Below, piece by piece: positions 37,599 to 47,377 of a stretch of 64,000 bases of DNA (position 1 is the stretch's first letter; every line of letters begins with the position of its first letter). A program made the translations under genes and the position numbers. This stretch comes from Candidatus Binatia bacterium (GTDB taxonomy: Bacteria > Desulfobacterota > Binatia > HRBIN30). Below the pieces are notes generated by a model. That model did no database searches. It saw only the letters and a list, made by a program, of their open reading frames with translations, and was not told the DNA's origin. The stretch is from assembly GCA_038245295.1 (NCBI GenBank), contig JBBRSP010000030.1, positions 14,875 through 78,874 of the forward strand. The letters are read 5' to 3'.

Positions 37599-40500
37599 AT
37601 GGGTGTGTCTAAGGCAACGGGGACAGCCAACCAGCGGCCGAGTGTGTCGCGTCCAGTCGGACTGGTCGCGGCTCTGATTCTAGCGGGCGTGGTGGCCACA
37701 CTGGTTCGCGCTCAATCGACACCGCTGGAGCTCGTCAGCGTGGGGGTCGAGAATCGCGCCGGCAATCGAGCCAGCAACGGCCCCGCCGTCAATGCGGACG
37801 GTCGATTCGTGGCGTTCTTTTCGGATGCGACCGACCTGGTGCGCGGCGATACCAACGAGACGCGTGACGTCTTCTTGCGCGATCGGGTTGCCGACCGCAC
37901 CGAACGTATTAGCATCGGTGTCGCTGGGGCTCAGTCGAACGGCGCCAGTCACGCGGCGGGTGATGCCCCGGCGATCACCGCCGACGGTAACATCGTCGCG
38001 TTCTACTCAGACGCGACCAATCTAGTTGCCAACGATCAAAACGGACATACCGATGTTTTTGTCCGTTTGCGTCCGAGCAACGCCAATCAGCTCGTCAGCC
38101 TGTCGACAGGCGGCACGGCCGGCGACGGTGATAGCCTCAATCCAAGCATTGATGCGATCGGCCGCAACGTCGCGTTCCAATCGCTTGCCGCCAATCTGGT
38201 CGGCAATGACACGAACGGCGTGTCGGATATCTTCGTCCGCGATCGCAGCACCGGCACGACCGAACGTGTCTGTGACGCAGTGCAGGCCAACAAGGCAAGC
38301 TTCTCTCCGGCCATCAGCGCCGACGGCCGGATTGTGGCCTTCGCGTCGGCGGCGACCAACCTGGTGCCGGACGATACAAACAATCTCCTCGACGTTTTCG
38401 CGTGTGATCGAACCACCGGAAAAATCGACGTCGTGAGTGTCAGCTCGGCCGGCACTCTGGGGAACGGCGACAGCATCTTGCCGGCGGTGAGCGCGGACGG
38501 TCGTTTCGTGGCTTACAAGTCGCTTGCCAGCAACCTCGTCAACAATGATCGCAACGGACTGGTCGACGTCTTCATTCACGATCGCCAGACCAAGACCACC
38601 GAGCGAATCAGTGTCAGCTTCCTCAACGGTGACTCCAACGACGTCTCGTATCCGCCGGCGGTCGACTGCAGTGGTCGCTTCGTGGCGTTTGGTTCGCAAG
38701 CCAACAACATCTTCCGCGGCGACGAGAACGAACTGGCCAGCGTCTTCGTCCGTGATCGCGGCGCCAATTTCACTTCGATCATCGACGTCAACGAGCGCGG
38801 TGAACAGGCCAACGGCGCTACCCTCGATATTGCACCGGCCATTACCTGCGACGGCTCGCTGGTCGCGTTCACATCGCTTGCCGACAATCTGACCAACAAC
38901 GACCCGAACGAGAATGCCGACATCTACATCGCCACGGTGCCAACGACGGCACCTTGCCGCATTGATGGCGACTGTGGCGACAACAACGCGTGCACCGCTG
39001 ATCACTGCAATGCCGAAGGCCGCTGTGTCTTCGAGCCGACCATTTGCAACGCTGCTGACTCCTGCCACGAGGTTGGGGTCTGCAACCCTGACACGGGCGT
39101 CTGTTCGTCGCCGGTAAAAACGGATGGCACACCGTGCACGGACGGCAGCCTTTGCACTGCAGGTGATGTTTGTGTGGCCGGCAGCTGTACCGGCAGCCCC
39201 AAGGATTGTTCGACGACGGATGCGTGTCACACGGCGGGGCAGTGCAATCCGGCCAATGGTCTGTGCCCGAACGCGCAACCGGACGGCAAGCCCTGCAGCG
39301 ATGGTAACCTGTGCAGCAGTGGCGACTCGTGTCAGGGCAGCATCTGTGTCGGCACGCCGAAGGACTGCTCGCAAGCCGACGACTGTCACACAGCCGGGCA
39401 GTGCAATCCTCAAACGGGTCTGTGTCCAAACCCGCAACCCGACAACAAGCCTTGTAGTGACGGCAATCAGTGCACGTCGGACGACAAGTGTACCGGCAGC
39501 GTGTGTGTCGGCACGATCAAGGATTGCTCGGTCGCTGATCAATGCCACGACGCCGGTGCGTGCAATCCGCAAACCGGCTTGTGCCCAAATCCGCGTCCCG
39601 ACGACACCGTCTGTAACGACGGCAACGCCTGTACCAGCGGTGATGCCTGTAAGGGGAGCATCTGTAAGGGCACGAACAAGGACTGTTCGGTTGCCGACGC
39701 TTGCCATGATGCGGGAGCGTGCAACCCGACGACCGGGTTGTGCCCCAATCCACGCCCGAACGGCACCACGTGTAGCGACAACAATCTGTGTACTTCCGAC
39801 GACGCCTGCCAAGGTAGCGTCTGTGTGGGTTCCGTAAAGAACTGCGCCGTGGCCGATGCTTGTCACGACGCGGGCTCCTGTAATCCGCAAAACGGACTCT
39901 GTCCCAACCCGCGCCCCGACGGCGCGACCTGTAGCGACAACAACCTGTGCACCTTCGGCGACGCCTGCCGCGGCAGTGTTTGCGTTGGACAATCGAAGAA
40001 CTGTTCGACCGCGGACGCCTGCCACGACGCGGGCGCCTGCGACATGCAGACTGGTCTCTGTCCGAATCCACGCCCCAACGGTACCGTGTGTAGCGACGGA
40101 GATCTGTGCACCAGTGGCGATGCCTGTCAGGGCAGCGTCTGCGTAGGATCTCCGAAGAACTGTTCGACAGCCGACGCCTGTCACGATGCCGGTGCGTGTA
40201 ATCCTCAGACCGGCATGTGTCCGAACGCTCGTCCGAACGGTACGACGTGTAGCGACGGCAATGGTTGCACGTCTTCAGACTCGTGCCAGGGCGGCTTCTG
40301 TCAAGGTATTCCGAAGAACTGCGGAACGGCGGACGCCTGTCACGACGCCGGCGCCTGCGAGCCGGTGACCGGTCTATGCCCGAACCCGCGCCCCGACGGC
40401 ACCGCCTGCAGCGATGGCAATCTGTGCACGACCGGTGACTCCTGCGTCGGCAGCATCTGCAGTGGCGATGCGAAGAACTGTTCGACGGCGGATGCCTGCC

Positions 40501-41213
40501 ATGACGCGGGTTCCTGCAACCCGCAGACGGGGTTGTGTCCCAACCCACGTCCAGACGGAACAACGTGTAGCGACAACAATCTGTGCACAACCGGCGATGC
40601 GTGCCAAGGAAGCCTCTGCCTTGGGTTACCGAAAGATTGCTCGATGGCCGATGCTTGTCACAGCGCCGGCGCGTGTAATCTCGCCAATGGCCTGTGCCCG
40701 GGCGCAAAACCAGATGGCACGGTGTGTAGCGACGGGAACCTGTGTACGACCGGTGACGCCTGTCAGGGTAGTCTCTGCCAAGGACAGCCGAAAAACTGTT
40801 CAGCCGCGGACGGCTGCCATGACGCTGGTCAATGCAATCTCGCCAATGGCCTATGTCCAAACCCCAAGCCGGACGGGACGACGTGCAGTGATGGGAAGTT
40901 CTGCACGTCGACTGATCAGTGCAAGGGAAGTGTCTGCACACCCGGCGGTAACACGTGCGACGACGGCCTTTTCTGCAACGGACAGGAAACGTGCGACGAG
41001 GCAAATGATCGGTGCGTGGCGCCGACCGGAAAGCCCTGCACCGAGCCGCAAGTGTGTGATGAGGGGCTGAACAAGTGTGTCACCCGCGGACTCGACCGCG
41101 ATGGCTGCCAGTGTTCGATGAGTCCGGGTGAGCCGCACAACACGGCGGCTACTTGGCTTTGGGTCTCGGCAATCGTTGGACTGGTGCTGCGTCGCCGCGC
41201 CACACAACGCTGA
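37599..41213 (+). CDS. Surface protein: PD40/TolB-like beta-propeller, Cys-rich repeats, MYXO-CTERM-like anchor
   Basis: Signal peptide; repeated PAISADGRFVAF.S.ATNLV..DTN...DVF blades; 53-aa repeats; DGCQCS...WLWVSAIVGLVLRRR tail. Confidence 0.9.
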   Translation: MGVSKATGTANQRPSVSRPVGLVAALILAGVVATLVRAQSTPLELVSVGVENRAGNRASNGPAVNADGRFVAFFSDATDLVRGDTNETRDVFLRDRVADRTERISIGVAGAQSNGASHAAGDAPAITADGNIVAFYSDATNLVANDQNGHTDVFVRLRPSNANQLVSLSTGGTAGDGDSLNPSIDAIGRNVAFQSLAANLVGNDTNGVSDIFVRDRSTGTTERVCDAVQANKASFSPAISADGRIVAFASAATNLVPDDTNNLLDVFACDRTTGKIDVVSVSSAGTLGNGDSILPAVSADGRFVAYKSLASNLVNNDRNGLVDVFIHDRQTKTTERISVSFLNGDSNDVSYPPAVDCSGRFVAFGSQANNIFRGDENELASVFVRDRGANFTSIIDVNERGEQANGATLDIAPAITCDGSLVAFTSLADNLTNNDPNENADIYIATVPTTAPCRIDGDCGDNNACTADHCNAEGRCVFEPTICNAADSCHEVGVCNPDTGVCSSPVKTDGTPCTDGSLCTAGDVCVAGSCTGSPKDCSTTDACHTAGQCNPANGLCPNAQPDGKPCSDGNLCSSGDSCQGSICVGTPKDCSQADDCHTAGQCNPQTGLCPNPQPDNKPCSDGNQCTSDDKCTGSVCVGTIKDCSVADQCHDAGACNPQTGLCPNPRPDDTVCNDGNACTSGDACKGSICKGTNKDCSVADACHDAGACNPTTGLCPNPRPNGTTCSDNNLCTSDDACQGSVCVGSVKNCAVADACHDAGSCNPQNGLCPNPRPDGATCSDNNLCTFGDACRGSVCVGQSKNCSTADACHDAGACDMQTGLCPNPRPNGTVCSDGDLCTSGDACQGSVCVGSPKNCSTADACHDAGACNPQTGMCPNARPNGTTCSDGNGCTSSDSCQGGFCQGIPKNCGTADACHDAGACEPVTGLCPNPRPDGTACSDGNLCTTGDSCVGSICSGDAKNCSTADACHDAGSCNPQTGLCPNPRPDGTTCSDNNLCTTGDACQGSLCLGLPKDCSMADACHSAGACNLANGLCPGAKPDGTVCSDGNLCTTGDACQGSLCQGQPKNCSAADGCHDAGQCNLANGLCPNPKPDGTTCSDGKFCTSTDQCKGSVCTPGGNTCDDGLFCNGQETCDEANDRCVAPTGKPCTEPQVCDEGLNKCVTRGLDRDGCQCSMSPGEPHNTAATWLWVSAIVGLVLRRRATQR
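39123..40871 (+). repeat. Eleven tandem 159-bp (53-aa, 8-Cys) coding repeats
   Basis: Consensus DGTxCSDGNLCTxGDACQGSxCxGxxKNCSxADACHDAGxCNPQTGLCPNPRP; 11 x 159 = 1749 bp. Confidence 0.92.
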
Positions 41214-41517
41214 TCGCGCTCTAGTCGGTTGCGGCGTTTCCCCTCTCGAACAACAGCGGAGGGGAGACGCCGCGGCCGCGCATCGCCCGTGCCCGTGGGC
41301 GCTTGCTTTCATCTCGCCATCCCCAGTCGCAAAACGCCCGGTTCACCCCCAATTGGGCGGGTAGCTCGCCTGGGCTGCCTTCGTCGCATAGCAGCATTGC
41401 ATCCATGCACGCGCTCTAGCGGTTGCCGATATTGCTGCGCCGTATCGCTCCGCGATAGGAATCCGTCAGAGCTCGATCGAGCGCGGTCGGGTATTTGGCA
41501 ACGATCGGAGGCCGACG

Positions 41518-42960
41518 ATGGTTCCGCGAGAAGAGTCTGTTGTGGCGATGGTTGAGAGGCGCGGCGACGGGTGGGGCGAGCGCGTCACGACAGCGCTGAG
41601 CGACGGATTGTCGCTCATTGGCGCGGCTCTTTACGTTGCCGCCGAGATCGGGGAACCGTGGTGTTTGGCCTGCGCGCACGGGGCGATCGAGGCCCCGCCG
41701 AGGGTGCATTGGCAGCTACCCGACGCGTGCGGTGAATTGGCGCTGCCCTTGCTCGTGGGTGAACCGGCGCCACAAACCTGGCAGGCCTGTATCCCGATCC
41801 GCTCGAACGGTAGCCCGGTCGGACTTCTCGCCGTGGGAGCGAAGCGTAGCGGGGGCGAGCTTGGAGCTGCTGACAACATTCTGATCGACATGGTCGCCGC
41901 ACAACTCGCGGCTGCCTGGCCGGGTAGCAGTGACGCTGTCCAAGAACCGTCTCGTGGGCCTTCGCCCGGAGCCTACGCGTTACGCCCGGCCCTACGACCA
42001 GTTGTGGCGCACAGGTCGGGGTTTCAGGATATCATTGGGACAAGCCCGGCGTTGCTTCGGGTGTTGGATCTTGTCGAGCGTGTGGCGACGACCGATGCCT
42101 CGGTGTTGATCACGGGCGAGACCGGAACCGGCAAGGAATTGATTGCTCGGGCCGTGCACGAGCACAGCGCCCGTCGAACCGGTCCGTTCGTGGCGTTGAA
42201 CTGTCCGGCCATTCCGTTGGATTTGGCGGAGAGTGAGCTCTTCGGGCATGAGCGCGGCGCGTTCACCGGCGCCAATGAAGTCCGCCCGGGGAAACTCGAA
42301 AGTGCCGATCACGGTACCATTTTCCTCGATGAGGTGGGGGAACTGCCGTTGATTGTGCAGGTCAAGTTGCTGCGCGTTCTCCAGGAGCGCGAGGTGCAGC
42401 GGGTGGGGTCGAACAAGTCGCGCAAAGTCGACGTGCGGATCGTTGCGGCGACGAATCGTGACTTGCGGGCGGAGTCGGCGACGGGTTCATTTCGCGAGGA
42501 CCTGTTTTATCGCTTGGCTGCCGTGCCGGTTCATCTGCCGCCACTGCGGGAGCGTCAGGGTGACATTGCCCTGTTGGCGACCCATATCCTCGGCGAAGCT
42601 TGTGGCAAGTATGGCCGCAACATTCGCGGCTTTGCTCCGGAAGCGCTAGGGGCGCTCGAGTCGCACGTGTGGCCGGGTAATATACGGGAGCTTCAACACG
42701 TTGTGCAGCGCGCCGTCTTGATGTGCGACGGCGAGCGCCTCGAAAAGGCGCAGCTGGGAGACTTCGCCGTCGACAGCCAGCGGAACGTCTCGCTGCACAC
42801 GACGTTGAAGCGCGAGAAGCTGCGACGCATCGAGGCGGCGATGATCAAGACGCGCGGCAACCAGTCGGCCGCAGCGCGCCTGCTCGGCATGTCGCGCAGC
42901 AACTTCGCTCGCTTGTTGAAAGCCCTCGATCTGCGACCGGCTCGAGAGCGGTATTGGTGA
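41518..42960 (+). CDS. Sigma-54-dependent Fis-family transcriptional activator
   Basis: GETGTGKE, ESELFGHERGAFTGA, FLDE, WPGNIREL, NQSAAARLLG HTH; degenerate GAF-like N-terminus. Start uncertain. Confidence 0.92.
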   Translation: MVPREESVVAMVERRGDGWGERVTTALSDGLSLIGAALYVAAEIGEPWCLACAHGAIEAPPRVHWQLPDACGELALPLLVGEPAPQTWQACIPIRSNGSPVGLLAVGAKRSGGELGAADNILIDMVAAQLAAAWPGSSDAVQEPSRGPSPGAYALRPALRPVVAHRSGFQDIIGTSPALLRVLDLVERVATTDASVLITGETGTGKELIARAVHEHSARRTGPFVALNCPAIPLDLAESELFGHERGAFTGANEVRPGKLESADHGTIFLDEVGELPLIVQVKLLRVLQEREVQRVGSNKSRKVDVRIVAATNRDLRAESATGSFREDLFYRLAAVPVHLPPLRERQGDIALLATHILGEACGKYGRNIRGFAPEALGALESHVWPGNIRELQHVVQRAVLMCDGERLEKAQLGDFAVDSQRNVSLHTTLKREKLRRIEAAMIKTRGNQSAAARLLGMSRSNFARLLKALDLRPARERYW

Positions 42961-43018
42961 GAAGAGGGTTGTGAGGCTGTGTCTCAATCTGGATCCACGC
43001 CCGCCGATGGTCTCTAAT

Positions 43019-43110
43019 CGGAGCGCCCTACTCTGTGGCGCCCGCAGACGGAACCTTACCCGCTGCGGGTTTGGATTCCAGCGATGGGCGCCACGGAGTA
43101 GGGCGCTCCG
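43019..43110. repeat. REP-like inverted pair with 25-bp arms
   Basis: CGGAGCGCCCTACTCTGTGGCGCCC vs GGGCGCCACGGAGTAGGGCGCTCCG (24/25). Confidence 0.75.
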
Positions 43111-43232
43111 CCATGGGATCCACCACCCGCCAGCCGCCAACAGGTCAAACTGAGACGCCACCGGTTGTGTTGCCAACTTGATTGCTTGCTCCGGCGCTTC
43201 GCGTTAGAGGCGCGGGTCGGAGCAGAGCTTGT

Positions 43233-44426
43233 ATGGCTGATCATCCAATTAACCCGGAAATCGCGCTCGTTGACGGAAAATTCTACGCCGGAGATCTGCA
43301 CCCGCGGCTGGCATGGATGCGCCAAAATGCCCCGGTGTATTGGGATCCAAATGGTCAGGTGTGGGGCATCGCGTTGTACGACGACGTGATGAGCATCTCG
43401 AAAGATTCAGAGACCTTCTGCAACCGCCTGGGGATGCGGCCCGATTCGCCGCCGATGCCGTCGATGATCAATCTCGATGGTGCCGACCACAAGCGCCGAC
43501 GCGGTCTGGTCAATAAGGGCTTTACGGTAAACCGGGTGCGCGCCTACGAGCCCAAGGTGCGAGAGATTTGCGCCGATCTGATCGAACGCGCCAAACGCAA
43601 GGGAAGTTTTGATTTCGTCCATGATGTCGCCGCGCCGCTGCCGATGATCATGATCGGCGACATGTTGGGTGTGGCACCGGAGGATCGTGAGAGGCTGCTG
43701 CGTTGGTCCGATGACCTGATCCTGGGATCGTCGATGAGCTCGCCGATGGAGGCGCTCATCGCGGCTCAAAAGGCCTTCGAGGAATACGGCGAGTATCATC
43801 GCAATGTGGTTGCGGATCGCCGCGCCAACCCGGGCGGTGACGATCTGATGAGTATCCTGGTTCACGCCCGCATCGACGGCCAACAATTGGGCGACGACGA
43901 TCTGGTGCAGGAGTCGCTGCTGATTCTCGTCGGCGGCGATGAAACGACGCGCCATGTCATCAGTGGCGGAATGTACGAGCTATTGCGCCATCCCGACCAG
44001 TTTCGCGCCCTGGTCGACGACCCCAGCAAGATTCCCACGGCAGTGGAGGAGATGCTGCGCTGGGTAACGCCGATCCAGAACATGGCTCGCACGGCGACCC
44101 GCGACGTGGTCCTGCGTGGCCAGACGATTCACGAGGGCGAGAAGCTCCTGCTACTTTATCCATCGGCGAATCGCGACGAGGCTGTGTTCAATGATCCGTT
44201 GCGTTTCGATATCGGTCGCCAGCCCAACGAGCATCTCGCGTTTGGCGGCTACGGTGCGCACTTCTGTTTGGGGGCTAGCCTCGCCCGCCTGGAACTCACG
44301 GCGATGTTCGAGGAAATCGTCCGCCGGCTTCCCGGCCTGCGTCTGGCCGATACCAACCCGCCGCCCCGGCGACCTTCCAACTTCATCGTTGGGCTCGAAG
44401 CACTTGCCGTCGAGATCGCCGCCTAG
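43233..44426 (+). CDS. Cytochrome P450 (CYP142-like)
   Basis: GGDETT I-helix, EEMLR (ExxR), FGGYGAHFCLG heme motif. Confidence 0.95.
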   Translation: MADHPINPEIALVDGKFYAGDLHPRLAWMRQNAPVYWDPNGQVWGIALYDDVMSISKDSETFCNRLGMRPDSPPMPSMINLDGADHKRRRGLVNKGFTVNRVRAYEPKVREICADLIERAKRKGSFDFVHDVAAPLPMIMIGDMLGVAPEDRERLLRWSDDLILGSSMSSPMEALIAAQKAFEEYGEYHRNVVADRRANPGGDDLMSILVHARIDGQQLGDDDLVQESLLILVGGDETTRHVISGGMYELLRHPDQFRALVDDPSKIPTAVEEMLRWVTPIQNMARTATRDVVLRGQTIHEGEKLLLLYPSANRDEAVFNDPLRFDIGRQPNEHLAFGGYGAHFCLGASLARLELTAMFEEIVRRLPGLRLADTNPPPRRPSNFIVGLEALAVEIAA

Positions 44427-44447
44427 GCAGTCCGTTGAAAAATCGCT

Positions 44448-44480
44448 TCCTGGAGCCCTTCTCGTACAAAGGCTCCAGGA
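44448..44480. terminator. Hairpin between the convergent P450 and mscL genes
   Basis: TCCTGGAGCC ... GGCTCCAGGA. Confidence 0.6.
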
Positions 44481-44550
44481 TTGGGAAATCTGAGGATCGG
44501 ACTATTTCAACGGACTGCTAAGCGGACGATCACCGACGACGAGTGTGGGG

Positions 44551-44967
44551 TCATCGGGATTTGAGCAAATCGCGAATCTCGGTGAGCAGCTTTACCTCGG
44601 CCGGTGGTTCCGGCGGTGCAGCCGGGGCTTCGACCGGGGCTCGGTTGAAGCGGTTGATCTGTTTGATCAGTAGAAAAATGGCGAACGCAACGATGATAAA
44701 GTCGATCGTTGTGTTGAGGAACACGCCATAATTGAGGGTTGCGGCGCCGGCGTCTTTGGCAGCCTTGATGGTCGGGTGCGATTCGCCCGACAGGTCGATG
44801 AACAGGTTGGAGAAATCCACGCGCCCCATCAACATCGTTAGGGGCGGCATGAGGATGTCGGCGACAAACGAGCTGACGATCTTGCCGAAGGCGCCGCCGA
44901 TGATAACGCCAACGGCGAGATCAACCACGTTGCCCTTCATCGCGAACTCTTTGAACTCTTTGAACAT
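44551..44967 (-). CDS. mscL: Large-conductance mechanosensitive channel
   Basis: [24 protein letters not shown] ... LLTEIRDLL. Confidence 0.97.
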   Translation of the reverse strand: MFKEFKEFAMKGNVVDLAVGVIIGGAFGKIVSSFVADILMPPLTMLMGRVDFSNLFIDLSGESHPTIKAAKDAGAATLNYGVFLNTTIDFIIVAFAIFLLIKQINRFNRAPVEAPAAPPEPPAEVKLLTEIRDLLKSR

Positions 44968-45008
44968 GACGCGGTGCTCCTCGTGTGGTTGTGGTTCGCC
45001 CAGGTGGA

Positions 45009-46055
45009 TTAGAAGCTGTAGCCGCCGCCAAGCAGATACTTGAAGTCGTTCGACTTGCGGCCATTCGCCGGCAGGTGGTCGTAATCGTCGATGGCGGCGA
45101 GATCCATGAAGAAGTCTCCCCAGATATTCTGGCGATAGCCGGCTTCGATGTGCAGGACGAAATCGCTACCCTTTTGCAGGCTCGGGTACACGTCCAGCGT
45201 TTGATAGAGCTTTTGCCCGTCGGCGATCGTCCAACGGAATTCTTCGCTGCCGACGGCCGTCGCGTAATCCTTGTCGTCTTGCGGGTTGGTCACGCCACTC
45301 TTGCGGTAGGTTTCGTGAACGTAGGCGACGCCGAGCACACCCTGCAGCACCATGGTATCAGTTTTGATGAAACGGTAGCCCGGGCCGACCCCGAAGCGGC
45401 TGCGTAGGTTCAAATCCTTGAAACGATCGTTTTCGAGATCGAGGAACACGTCGCCGAAGAATCGCTCGGTGAAGTTGTAGTCATAGCGACCCCGTGCCAG
45501 CGTGAACTGTTGCGTGGTCTCTTCGACCTTCTGGCCGTTTCGCGTGAGCTGGTTCTGCGCATAACCGGAGCGGACCCCCACGCGCGACACGTCTTGTTTG
45601 GTCTCGCGTGTCGCGTCGCCCGTGATGGCAAAGCCCAGGGTCTGTGTATTGCCGGCGGAGCCGTTGAGGCTCGCACCCAGAGCGCCGCTCCACTTGACGG
45701 CGGGGACACCCACCGACTCGATTGTGGCGAGCTGCACGGATTTCGTGCCGTGCAGGTCCGGCGACTCGATGGAGACGCCATCGGCGGTACGCACGAAGCG
45801 TCCGGTGACATCTTCGCCCGACGTTAACACCACCCGCTGCGGCTTGTCGCTCTGGATGGCGGTTACCTGGCTGAAGTCGATATTGATCACCCCGCCCTTG
45901 GGCAGATAGGGTGTCGTCATCGTCAAGCTACCACCTTTGATGTCGACGATATCACCGCTGATGCGATCCCCGTTTTTCAGCTCGACCACATCAGCCGCCA
46001 CCGCCGTAGCGACCAGGCAACCGATCAACGCAAACCAGCCCGTACGAATCCTCAT
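45009..46055 (-). CDS. DUF481-like outer-membrane beta-barrel protein
   Basis: Signal peptide, [23 protein letters not shown]-terminal GYSF. Confidence 0.85.
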   Translation of the reverse strand: MRIRTGWFALIGCLVATAVAADVVELKNGDRISGDIVDIKGGSLTMTTPYLPKGGVINIDFSQVTAIQSDKPQRVVLTSGEDVTGRFVRTADGVSIESPDLHGTKSVQLATIESVGVPAVKWSGALGASLNGSAGNTQTLGFAITGDATRETKQDVSRVGVRSGYAQNQLTRNGQKVEETTQQFTLARGRYDYNFTERFFGDVFLDLENDRFKDLNLRSRFGVGPGYRFIKTDTMVLQGVLGVAYVHETYRKSGVTNPQDDKDYATAVGSEEFRWTIADGQKLYQTLDVYPSLQKGSDFVLHIEAGYRQNIWGDFFMDLAAIDDYDHLPANGRKSNDFKYLLGGGYSF

Positions 46056-46186
46056 CCTTGTCCCCTCCCGTGTGTGGTGTCGGGCTTCCATACTGTGGCA
46101 GCAAGGTCGATGGAAGTATGCGAGCGCCATATCCGGAGCAGGCGGCGCAATAATTCTCTCCGAGCTGTGGCAACGTTCCTGCGGAC

Positions 46187-47377
46187 TCAGGGACGGCGTC
46201 GAGTCTGCGCCTCGCGCGCTGCTTCCTCGGGTGTCAGGACAAGGGATCCCGACCTTTGAGCGGTCTCTTGTTTCTGGCTCATCTGCCAATATGTCGCGAG
46301 GCAGGACCGGATCATCACTTCGCAGTAAGGAATTTCGCGCCCGCCGTTGGCGCTGGCCTTGAGTGCCAAGGCGACGGCGAAGGCGCGCCGGGCGGCGTCG
46401 TGGCGGGCTGTCTTGTACAGAACGTAGGCCATCGTCTCAAAACGCCGCACCCAGCTCATCTGGTCCTCGCCGCCGAAGATTTCGGTGACGGCCCGTTCGA
46501 TGGTTTGAGCGAAGCGCTCCTTCTGCTGGAACTCGCTGAGGACGAGCAGACTATCCTTCATCCCCATTAATTCGTTCAGGTACGGCCCGAGTTCCTCGGG
46601 AGGGAAGAACCAGGTGCGAAATTCCTTCTCCTGCATCAACGACGCGGAATCACGCAGCCACAGCGGTTCGTTGACGACGCTGTCGGCGTCCATTTGTTCG
46701 TAGACGGGCGCGGCGGACTCAATCCAGGGCTCGTGCGTGAAACGCAGCCGCAGGCTGCGGTAATCGCCGTGCACGGGTTCGTTGCGCGCCTGAGCCCACT
46801 CCAGGGCTCGGTTGATCGTAAAATCGCAGTAGCGCCAAGGCGCTTCGACCATGCGAATCTCATGCTTGGTCAGGAGGTCGTCGCTGGCGGCACGTAGCTG
46901 CTTGCGCGAGATCTCCGCGGCGAAGACTTCTTTGAGGCCTTGCGGGTCATTCAGCACGGCGAACAGGTGGAGGAGGCCACCGCTGTGCGGCTTGACGAGC
47001 CAGATGAGTTGATCACCCCGACCGTCCGGAGGTGACAGATAGCCCTCGATATCCGCGGTGGCAGTCGGCAAAACGAACGACTTGCTCTGAGCTTCGGGCA
47101 GAGCCCCGGTAACGCCTTGCTGCTCCAATCGATACAGCGCGCGCCGAATCTCTTTGATCACCAATTTGTCGCTGCTGATTGCCTCAATGCCGCGCAAGGC
47201 ATCAGCGCTCTCCGCCGTGGCGATGCCACCCAGGCGGTGGGCGATCGCCAGATCGCCGGCCGGGTCTTGTCCGATTGCGGCCTGCAACACAGCGATAGGG
47301 GCATCGGCGGCAACGCCGCGCTGCTTCAGTAGTGCTTCGCCGACGCGGAGCTGCGTCTCACGACTTGGTTTGCTCAT
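46187..47377 (-). CDS. Conserved hypothetical protein
   Basis: 396-aa ORF overlapping the M23 gene end; HEAT-like N-terminus (KEIRRALYRL), DGRGDQ. Confidence 0.8.
   Translation of the reverse strand: MSKPSRETQLRVGEALLKQRGVAADAPIAVLQAAIGQDPAGDLAIAHRLGGIATAESADALRGIEAISSDKLVIKEIRRALYRLEQQGVTGALPEAQSKSFVLPTATADIEGYLSPPDGRGDQLIWLVKPHSGGLLHLFAVLNDPQGLKEVFAAEISRKQLRAASDDLLTKHEIRMVEAPWRYCDFTINRALEWAQARNEPVHGDYRSLRLRFTHEPWIESAAPVYEQMDADSVVNEPLWLRDSASLMQEKEFRTWFFPPEELGPYLNELMGMKDSLLVLSEFQQKERFAQTIERAVTEIFGGEDQMSWVRRFETMAYVLYKTARHDAARRAFAVALALKASANGGREIPYCEVMIRSCLATYWQMSQKQETAQRSGSLVLTPEEAAREAQTRRRP

Noticed and set aside
38022..41004. Minus-strand ORFs 38022-40184 and 39517-41004, and a CRISPR reading of the 159-bp repeats
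   Set aside because: The repeats are in-frame coding units with synonymous variation and no repeat-spacer structure; the antisense ORFs are by-products.
41214..43232. Sigma-54 (-24/-12) promoter near the activator gene
   Set aside because: No TGGCAC-N5-TTGC match found in the flanking intergenic DNA.
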